Shown in pieces: positions 43,140 through 50,267 of a stretch of DNA of 50,267 bases. Position numbers and translations under genes: made by a program. This DNA comes from a virus (lineage: Duplodnaviria; Caudoviricetes). Numbering within the stretch: the stretch's first letter is position 1; each line of letters starts with the position of its first letter. The notes below the pieces were generated by a model, which saw only the letters and a program-made list of their open reading frames with translations, ran no database searches and was not told where the DNA came from. The DNA lies in IMG/VR virus record IMGVR_UViG_3300025103_000026, positions 1 through 50,267 of that record; one strand, given 5' to 3'.

Positions 43140-46100
43140 CTTGTAGATTTTATCCTATAGATAATACTTACATCTTCTATTTCAAATTTAGCTGGTGTTC
43201 CAGCTGCAGATTGTATCATAAGTTGAAAAGAATAAATATTCCTTATTGGAGTAGATGGTATAATTTCTGCTACATAACTTTTAGTCTTTGGATATATATA
43301 TACAGTATCATGCTGACTATGAACGCCCGTAGTAGACTGGTATCCTCTCAAAAGATTTACTTCTGTATTTGCCTTATCAACGCTAGTTACTAGCATAACC
43401 TCTGTACCTATTTTAAGAGCATCACCCTTTTTTATATTTGAAACATCTGAGAGCTCAACATCTGCAGTAGTTAGGTCTGAATTATTCAACCCACTAGAGT
43501 CTGCTAAAGTTACTGTTAATATACCTTTTATAGACTCATCATACTTAAATCCAGTTGTAGATTCACCATAATTAATACTTTTAGTAAAATCAAAATCTTT
43601 AGGTTCTTGTTCTATATCTGCACCATCAGTTTGATAATATATTTTTGTATGTGTTTGACTTATATCATCATCCTGGTCTGTTGTTTTAAATGTTACATAT
43701 ACTTTATATATATTTTTTCTAACTCCCGGCTGTTTAAAATCAATATCTTTGGTTATTGCAGTAATAAACCCATTACTATTTGAATTATTTCTAAACATAG
43801 TAACATATCTTCCCGAAATTATACTACGAGTTATCTCAAATGGTGTATAGTCACTTTTTCCTGTGATGTCAAAATAATAAATATTAGTATCACCACTACC
43901 AAAACCATCAGCCACAGAAGAATCAGTTACTGTACCGAATGTTAAATCGCTTAATTCAGAATTACCATTCATTAATGCTTTTATTGCAGTAGCAAGTTCT
44001 TGGTTTGTATCAAGAGAGTCTGGAACATTTGTATCAAATCCACCTTCATAGTCTGTTAAATCTTGTCCGGGGGTAAAATAAATATCTACATCTTTATCTA
44101 CTTGTCTAAAAGTATCATATGTTTTTACATTTAAATAAAATGAAACTGCCGATATATTCGCTGCACCTGAACCCGGCATATTTAAAAAAGATAATTGTGT
44201 TATCTGTGATACTGAACCTTCTCCAAGTGTTGAAGCATTAACTGATTGGAATAATGACCTTGCTCCCCCAACCCATGGCGAATAAGTCGCTGCTGTATCA
44301 TTTGATTCTGCCATAACCATTGTACCTGTTGAAGTATCTGTATAAAATTTATAATCATCACCGGATGTTGCCACTAAAATAGCTAATGCTTTAAGTGAAG
44401 GTTTTCCCGAATCTGTTGTTCCTTGACCATCTCCAGATACACCATATTGAGCTGAAGGTCCTGTATATGTAATCTTTAATGTATATCCTTGCCTCTCTGC
44501 ACTCCATTTAGTAGTTGATGTATGTGCATTAATTGCATTAACCAACCTAGATATTATAAATATTACATTACTAACTTCTTCGTCATCACTAGGGGTATTA
44601 ACAAATGTTGAAGCTGGTAATACATTAGTTAATGCATCAAAAGTAGTACCTGTCGTGCCTAAACCACTAGTAAATTCTATATCTGCCCCATCTTCTGACC
44701 GACCAAGTACAACTCTCCAACTTACAGCATTATTTTGTTGAAAAGTAGCAGTAGAAATAGGATTAAAATTTATTTCTGCTGTAGGAGGTATTCCCGTACT
44801 CGCACTTACTGCTGAACTTCCACCGTGATTTGTACCTACAGATATATCAACATCATTCGTTTGATTTGTATATTGACCAAATAGCATCTCACCTGAAGAG
44901 TTAAGAATTATGTTTGTCTTTGCTCCTGATTCAAATAAATCCTTCCCATTAGTCCAACTCGTAGTTAAAAAATCATATATATAAACATTTGTAGACATAG
45001 ATGCTGGAGATTGGAATACAATTATTTGTTTCTTGTCGGGGATATAGCCAATCATACCACTAGTTGTTAAGAAATCAGACCATTCTTTATGTGATATTTT
45101 CTGGTCTATAAGATTCTTTACTTGCTTACCATCATAAATATAGCAACCACGCTTATTCGTCCAAACAACTCCTATTTCTGTTTTAGTTACGGCTGCATGA
45201 TGGTCTATACCCATATAACTATGTTCAGATTCTAAAAACTCAATATCTTGAGATATATTTATTATAAAAAGTTTCTGCCTTTTAAATTGAAGTAGTCTAT
45301 CTGCAAAAGTTTCTAATCTTATAATTTCATCACCATCATTTACAGTAACATCTAAAAAGTTCCCTTCTGGGAATGTATCAAACTTATTTACAGGGCTTTT
45401 TATTATTCTATCATTAAACTTTTCTACTATATTATTTGCCTCAGCAGTAGTATCTAATTTCCCGACATTCCCAATATAACATCTTCTATTAGCTATTACA
45501 GCAGTTTTATATTTAAAAATAGTATGCTCATCAGCATCATACCCATTAATAGCTTGATATGTTAATACTTTAGGAGGATGAAGAAAATGAAAAGATGTAT
45601 TTTGTGTAGTTGTTTGAGTTATACTATCTTCTGGACATTCAACATTTTGACCGTCAGTACCAGCACTATCTACAGCCCAAGCTGTATAAGATAAATCATC
45701 GTACTTCTTACAACCTTGAACAAAATCAACTTCCATTAACTGATAATAAATCCCGTCAGAATCATCAGCATCTGTATAATATACTCTTGCCCCTGTAACT
45801 CGTTTATTAAATCTATAATAAGAGCCATAATAATCAGCAGTAAAAGCACAGGCTAATCCTACATTATCAGCAGTATTTGTTTCATAACCTAAATAAAACA
45901 ATCCTGATTCTTGCTTTTCTAAATCATATAAGTAACTTATATAAAACTTAAATGTACCTTGCCATGTTCCATTTGTTGCTGTATCGGTATCTTTATCCAT
46001 TCCATAATGAAACCTTAATCCGTCATCTGCTCCTGAAGCAAGGTTTGGGTAATTGCTTGTATCTACACTATCGTCATTTTCAATAGTAACTTTACCGGGA

Positions 46101-47245
46101 TTATGGTCCTCGCCATCTGCATGTGTAGTATCTGACGGGGGATAAAGCTTTTGGTCTGCAGAAAGCCATTCTAAAAATTGAGCATTGCCTTCCCCATCTA
46201 CAAAGTTAGTTCTATTAATAACTCCATACCACTTAGATATAGTATTGGCATTATTAAAATTAGTATCTATAGCTCTAAGGATACCGTCAGCTATATAATA
46301 AATAGGTTTTGTATCTTGGCTTGGATGGTCTGTAACTACAGTATCATCCTTATCAAGATTAAAAGCACCTGTTCTCCAAATATCATTAGTTAAATCTTTT
46401 ATATCAGCCACATTCTCATTTTGCATAACAACATATTTTGTATCGCTTAATGAAGGCACTTGATATACAGCAAATTGTGTTATATCAAAATCCACATCAT
46501 TATGACTATATGATTGTATACCTATATTCCCATTAGCCCCTTCACCTAATTGAAAAATTGCTGAATATTCTACTTCACTACCCGTTGGAGTAATCCAATC
46601 ACTAAGAGATGTTGAATTTACTGAATTAATACCTCTATGTGCCCAAAATCTCCATTTATTATTATCAGATGTTACATTCCTTCTAGAACTAACTACGATT
46701 TTATAAGTCTTCCCTACACAATCAGAATTTAAATTTCTATATAGTAGCAAATTCCTAACAGTACTACCTAATTGGCATATCATTTGATTATTGCCGTAGT
46801 CATGATGCCATCCACTACCAGTATTATCTTGAGGATGGTCTTGTGAATCGTCTGTATGAACAGATTGAAAATACCAACCAGTAGCTGTGCTATCTGCTAC
46901 AACTGACCAAGTAGTATAATTAGGACTTGCGTCAGTATTAGATGAATGATGAGTTTCATGTGGAGTACTTACATTAAAATCAGTATGAGTGGCAAATATA
47001 TTAGTAGTTGGTACTGGGTTATCATAATCTGATTGAAATGGGAATATTCCATATCCGGGATAAGTAGTTCCACTTAAAGTACCAAAGGTAGAATCTTCCG
47101 TAGTGCCTATTAATCTAATTTTACCATGTTTATCAACCATGATATTTTCAGCTTTAATTAAGGTATTGTCCGGGATATCTCTCTTATTAAAATGAGTATT
47201 TATTCCACCATCAAACCTATTTATTAGATGAGTTTGTTTAGGCAC
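43136..47245 (-). CDS. Tail nozzle/stabilisation protein (tubular protein B-like) with insertions
   Basis: N-terminal FDGGIN..DIPDN..AENI, beta-propeller-like segments, C-terminal TKDIDFKQPGVRKNIYKVYVT. Confidence 0.7.
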   Translation of the reverse strand: MPKQTHLINRFDGGINTHFNKRDIPDNTLIKAENIMVDKHGKIRLIGTTEDSTFGTLSGTTYPGYGIFPFQSDYDNPVPTTNIFATHTDFNVSTPHETHHSSNTDASPNYTTWSVVADSTATGWYFQSVHTDDSQDHPQDNTGSGWHHDYGNNQMICQLGSTVRNLLLYRNLNSDCVGKTYKIVVSSRRNVTSDNNKWRFWAHRGINSVNSTSLSDWITPTGSEVEYSAIFQLGEGANGNIGIQSYSHNDVDFDITQFAVYQVPSLSDTKYVVMQNENVADIKDLTNDIWRTGAFNLDKDDTVVTDHPSQDTKPIYYIADGILRAIDTNFNNANTISKWYGVINRTNFVDGEGNAQFLEWLSADQKLYPPSDTTHADGEDHNPGKVTIENDDSVDTSNYPNLASGADDGLRFHYGMDKDTDTATNGTWQGTFKFYISYLYDLEKQESGLFYLGYETNTADNVGLACAFTADYYGSYYRFNKRVTGARVYYTDADDSDGIYYQLMEVDFVQGCKKYDDLSYTAWAVDSAGTDGQNVECPEDSITQTTTQNTSFHFLHPPKVLTYQAINGYDADEHTIFKYKTAVIANRRCYIGNVGKLDTTAEANNIVEKFNDRIIKSPVNKFDTFPEGNFLDVTVNDGDEIIRLETFADRLLQFKRQKLFIINISQDIEFLESEHSYMGIDHHAAVTKTEIGVVWTNKRGCYIYDGKQVKNLIDQKISHKEWSDFLTTSGMIGYIPDKKQIIVFQSPASMSTNVYIYDFLTTSWTNGKDLFESGAKTNIILNSSGEMLFGQYTNQTNDVDISVGTNHGGSSAVSASTGIPPTAEINFNPISTATFQQNNAVSWRVVLGRSEDGADIEFTSGLGTTGTTFDALTNVLPASTFVNTPSDDEEVSNVIFIISRLVNAINAHTSTTKWSAERQGYTLKITYTGPSAQYGVSGDGQGTTDSGKPSLKALAILVATSGDDYKFYTDTSTGTMVMAESNDTAATYSPWVGGARSLFQSVNASTLGEGSVSQITQLSFLNMPGSGAANISAVSFYLNVKTYDTFRQVDKDVDIYFTPGQDLTDYEGGFDTNVPDSLDTNQELATAIKALMNGNSELSDLTFGTVTDSSVADGFGSGDTNIYYFDITGKSDYTPFEITRSIISGRYVTMFRNNSNSNGFITAITKDIDFKQPGVRKNIYKVYVTFKTTDQDDDISQTHTKIYYQTDGADIEQEPKDFDFTKSINYGESTTGFKYDESIKGILTVTLADSSGLNNSDLTTADVELSDVSNIKKGDALKIGTEVMLVTSVDKANTEVNLLRGYQSTTGVHSQHDTVYIYPKTKSYVAEIIPSTPIRNIYSFQLMIQSAAGTPAKFEIEDVSIIYRIKSTR

Positions 47246-47246
47246 A

Positions 47247-47495
47247 CTATAATCCTAATCGGCTCTCTATCTTTGTAAATCTATTATCTGTCTGCATAGA
47301 CTTAATATTAAGAGTTTCGAGCTTAGAGACCCTATTATTGAGGTCATTTAGCTTAACTTGTATATTATTAAGTTGCTGTACAATCATTTCTGCTACATTT
47401 TCCCCTTTTGTTTTTGTCGGGGTTTCTTTTGTTGTTTGTTTTTTGGTTGTATTTTTTTTAACAACCGGCTTTTTAGTTGTTTTTTTAACTGGCAT
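47247..47495 (-). CDS. Small basic coiled-coil protein
   Basis: GAGG RBS before MPVKK. Confidence 0.55.
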   Translation of the reverse strand: MPVKKTTKKPVVKKNTTKKQTTKETPTKTKGENVAEMIVQQLNNIQVKLNDLNNRVSKLETLNIKSMQTDNRFTKIESRLGL

Positions 47496-47691
47496 TATTA
47501 ACCTCAATAGCATCTTTTAAGGCTTCTTCCATAGCTTCATATAAACCTTCCATAAGCTCTTTTTCTGTTGCCTCTGAAATTAGAGGAATATTTATCTTCT
47601 TATTTAAAGATGTAATAATCTTAGTTTTCATTTCATCATTTAGAATCATTTCAATTGCTAACTTCTTAATAACTGCCACTAACTTATTCAT
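47485..47691 (-). CDS. Hypothetical protein (lysis cluster)
   Basis: LNKKINIPLISEATEK, AGGAG RBS. Confidence 0.65.
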   Translation of the reverse strand: MNKLVAVIKKLAIEMILNDEMKTKIITSLNKKINIPLISEATEKELMEGLYEAMEEALKDAIEVNNAS

Positions 47692-47873
47692 TTGTCATTC
47701 TCCTTCATATATTGTCTTATCGCAGAGATTTCTCTCTCTATTTCTTTAAATCTAACTTCTTGCTCTTGAAATACATCTGTTATTTCATCTATAATAGGAA
47801 ACTTCTTTCCTATAGTCTCATCAATCGCTTTTAATACAAATTTCTTTACTATCTTCTGTATCATTCTTTCCAT
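47688..47873 (-). CDS. Hypothetical protein (lysis cluster)
   Basis: 61 aa, overlaps both neighbours. Confidence 0.6.
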   Translation of the reverse strand: MERMIQKIVKKFVLKAIDETIGKKFPIIDEITDVFQEQEVRFKEIEREISAIRQYMKENDK

Positions 47874-48043
47874 CTTTTATCAACAGTTTCTTTTAAATTA
47901 TTAATTTTATCAATTAATTTAACTATTATATTTTTTAAATCTATAATTTCCTGTTTTAAATCACCTGTAAGATATTTAATAAGAAATATCAAAGCACCTG
48001 CAAGAACACCTACAACTCCTAATTCTTGTATCATTGATTCCAC
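47861..48043 (-). CDS. Holin-like membrane protein
   Basis: N-terminal TM segment (LGVVGVLAGALIFLI) plus coiled coil, near the endolysin. Confidence 0.55.
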   Translation of the reverse strand: MESMIQELGVVGVLAGALIFLIKYLTGDLKQEIIDLKNIIVKLIDKINNLKETVDKRWKE

Positions 48044-48276
48044 TATTTATAAAGCCCCATTAATCCAATCATAGCACCAAAAAATGTAAAAACTAATGCC
48101 ATAATCCCATTAATCTTAGATATATTTCTTTCATTGACTTGCACCTTAATACTAAGGTCATCTAATCTTTTAATTATTCGCTCGGTATCTGATTTAATAG
48201 CTTTAATCTCCACTTCAGTAGCACTTAATGATTTAATAACTGTATCCCTAAATTTTGTATCTTCTGATGATTTCAT
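48043..48276 (-). CDS. Holin/XhlA-like membrane protein
   Basis: Coiled coil plus C-terminal TM segment, directly after the endolysin. Confidence 0.55.
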   Translation of the reverse strand: MKSSEDTKFRDTVIKSLSATEVEIKAIKSDTERIIKRLDDLSIKVQVNERNISKINGIMALVFTFFGAMIGLMGLYK

Positions 48277-48752
48277 ACTTCACAACTCCTTTTAAACCAA
48301 CCAACCCAATATTTTTCCATCTTAGGCTTCTTCATTATTAATTCAGCATAATATAATACTCTATATGCTCTCAATCTAAACTCTTCGACACTTGATGCTG
48401 CTCTTATAGTCGCTGGACCTATGCCACCATCTACATCTATCTTTTCAGAATTTTTACTATTACAAGCTTCTTGCAAAATTTTAATAGCTCGGCTACCCCC
48501 CATATTAATGCACATATCAAGATAAGTATGCCTGAGACGATTAGCGATATCCCCAGTCCTATACTTGTCCCAATAGTCTCTCCTATATAATTCTTTAGCC
48601 CTCTCAATTGTCAATCCTTTTATATCTTCATCTGGATATGCTCTTTGGCTTATCCCTAAATTAGTTAATCCACCAGGGTCATCCTTGTCATCTACAAGTC
48701 CTCCCTCGTGCTTTAATACAACATCTATAATCTCATCAAACTCACTTAACAA
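48273..48752 (-). CDS. Endolysin, glycoside hydrolase family 108
   Basis: HEGG..DDPGGLTNLGIS, VDGGIGPAT and GWFKR. TTG start with AAGGAG RBS. Confidence 0.92.
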   Translation of the reverse strand: MLSEFDEIIDVVLKHEGGLVDDKDDPGGLTNLGISQRAYPDEDIKGLTIERAKELYRRDYWDKYRTGDIANRLRHTYLDMCINMGGSRAIKILQEACNSKNSEKIDVDGGIGPATIRAASSVEEFRLRAYRVLYYAELIMKKPKMEKYWVGWFKRSCEV

Positions 48753-48765
48753 TATATACTACTCC

Positions 48766-48885
48766 TTTCGGTTGATAGAATCTCATAATCTGTGTAGATG
48801 TTGAATACCATCTATATGGATTATTTTCGGTTGATAAAATCTCATAATCTGTGTAGATGTTGAATACCATCTATATGGATTATTT
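48766..48885. repeat. 59-bp tandem repeat (2 copies), each with a 16-bp hairpin
   Basis: Units at 48766 and 48825 differ by one base. Each contains ATAATCTGTGTAGATG-TTGAATAC-CATCTATATGGATTAT. Confidence 0.92.
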
Positions 48886-48900
48886 ATTAGATATATTCTC

Positions 48901-49143
48901 TTAGTCATTATTAGCCCATTCTGCTTTATTTAATTCTGTTCTTATCTCACTATGTGTATAGGTAGTCATTCCATCAAATACTGCTGGTGTATCTCCATCC
49001 CATTTAAGTATAGCTTTTGTGCCATCTAAAGTCTTTCTTAAAGTACTAACTCCACTTTGAATAGCATTAGCACATAAGTTCTCTAATTGCTCATCATCAT
49101 AACTTGCTAAAGTAATAATAACCCATCTTCTGTTTTCAAACAT
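48901..49143 (-). CDS. Small tail-fibre-associated protein
   Basis: TLRKTLDGTKAILKWDGDTP..YTHSEI, coupled to the LamG-domain gene. Confidence 0.6.
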   Translation of the reverse strand: MFENRRWVIITLASYDDEQLENLCANAIQSGVSTLRKTLDGTKAILKWDGDTPAVFDGMTTYTHSEIRTELNKAEWANND

Positions 49144-50255
49144 TATGGAGTATCTCCTGTAAAATCTGAACCATCAAAATTTACCATTATTCCTGAATTT
49201 CCATTCATAAGTTTTAAAGATATATCAGATATAGTACCTACAAAGCTACTTGAACCAAACCTAACTAACCAAGCAGAGTCTTCATGCTTTAAATATGTTG
49301 TATAAGTTCCAGATGAACTTACAGTTCTATGAACATAATCTGTGCCTCTATCAGAATAAATATTAAAAGAACCTGAAGTTCGTGCAACTGTGCATTTTAA
49401 TTTATATATACCTGTAGTAGAGGGTGTTCCTGTATAGCTTAAAGTTTCCCAATCGCTTGCTGCTGAAGTATCAAATGTAATTGTACTTGAACTTATAGAA
49501 GCCTGTTGGGCATCTCCACTACTTCCATCATTATCAGAAAACCAAGGAGTAGAACCATCAGTTATAGTCCCTGATTGACTTCCTGCATTAATTAATTCTG
49601 CTCCAGTTGTTGGATTCACTTCATCTCCAATAACCCCATCAGTTTGTCTATGGTCTAAACTACCATCACCCATTCTCCACCAAGCCTTTAAGTTGCCTGT
49701 TGCAATACCTTCTTTGTGATTGTAAGGTTCTCTACCATTGTAAAGTGTTTTAACTTGTGAGGCTGTTAAAGTAGAATTATATACAGCAACCTCTGATATA
49801 TTGCCATAATATGATAAAAAAGTATTATAGGAATTTTTCCCTATTCTTGCATTTGTAGATACATCCATAGTTCCTGAACAACTTATATAATTCTTAGCAA
49901 CCCCATTTATGTAAGTCTTTATAGTTGTTCCATCCCAAGTGCCTACAACATGATTCCAAGTTCCTGCTGTTACTGCATTTACAGAATCTGCTCCAGTTGC
50001 TGTACCATTAACTTTGCAAATAAGATATTCAGAAGTATCAAAGTATAAAACCATTCCATCATTAAGAGAATCTCTATTTTGCCATATAGAATCATCTAAA
50101 GAATCTCCAGTTACTTTAACCCAAGCAGAAACTGTTATATCTGTATAATTAAATGGGTCGCCTGTCTGTATATAATCATTTGTACCATCAAATGCAAGAG
50201 AATACTCATCTCTGAAGACATCTCCACCTAATACTACTCTTCTTGAAGGGAACAT
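49143..50255 (-). CDS. LamG/concanavalin A-like lectin-domain tail protein
   Basis: SLAFDGTNDYI, TVSAWVK, WNHVVGTWDG, GNISEVAVYNSTLT and WWRMGD. Confidence 0.85.
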   Translation of the reverse strand: MFPSRRVVLGGDVFRDEYSLAFDGTNDYIQTGDPFNYTDITVSAWVKVTGDSLDDSIWQNRDSLNDGMVLYFDTSEYLICKVNGTATGADSVNAVTAGTWNHVVGTWDGTTIKTYINGVAKNYISCSGTMDVSTNARIGKNSYNTFLSYYGNISEVAVYNSTLTASQVKTLYNGREPYNHKEGIATGNLKAWWRMGDGSLDHRQTDGVIGDEVNPTTGAELINAGSQSGTITDGSTPWFSDNDGSSGDAQQASISSSTITFDTSAASDWETLSYTGTPSTTGIYKLKCTVARTSGSFNIYSDRGTDYVHRTVSSSGTYTTYLKHEDSAWLVRFGSSSFVGTISDISLKLMNGNSGIMVNFDGSDFTGDTP

Positions 50256-50267
50256 TAGTCTTTGAGA

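Noticed and set aside
28585-47520. Plus-strand ORFs inside the late genes (likewise 3973-12273, and minus-strand ORFs within 14215-27343)
   Set aside because: Antisense shadows of well-supported genes, lacking RBSs and with F/L/S-rich mirror composition.
48766-48885. CRISPR array
   Set aside because: Only two directly abutting 59-bp units, with no unique spacers and no cas operon.
40878-50255. Diversity-generating retroelement acting on tail fibres
   Set aside because: No reverse transcriptase, and I saw no template/variable repeat pair.
1-50267. Genome-wide stop-codon reassignment
   Set aside because: Long genes are intact under code 11, and TGA and TAG both end coupled genes (for example at 11349, 16740 and 2268). 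The UGA at 23703 is therefore a local case.

Overview
AT-rich window covering most of the genome of an apparently lytic tailed phage of podovirus type (no integrase seen). It has three blocks. (1) 1-12306, minus strand, is the head and packaging operon: TerS, a Lys-rich HNH-led protein, TerL, P22-like portal, scaffold, HK97-fold major capsid protein and decoration/neck proteins. (2) 12964-28441, plus strand, is the early/middle region: a non-coding leader with tRNA-like elements, about 25 small cassette-like ORFs, an XRE regulator, a Rad52/Sak annealing protein, SSB, a DnaA-box cluster, an HNH nuclease, zinc-finger microproteins, an RNA polymerase alpha-CTD-like protein, several PD-(D/E)XK nucleases, RusA and a NinB-like protein. 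No DNA polymerase, primase or helicase is recognisable. (3) 28438-50267, minus strand, holds tail, lysis and ejection genes, including a GH108 endolysin, tail nozzle, fibres and a 2889-aa multi-enzyme virion protein. The two minus-strand blocks are probably one late operon split by circular permutation. The strongest unusual signals are a Cys-rich microprotein at 23613-23789 whose in-frame UGA is followed by a SECIS-like hairpin (candidate phage selenoprotein), repeated anticodon-less tRNA minihelices next to a candidate large structured ncRNA, and a DnaA-box origin candidate in a region lacking replisome genes. All assignments come from reading motifs by eye; no searches were run.
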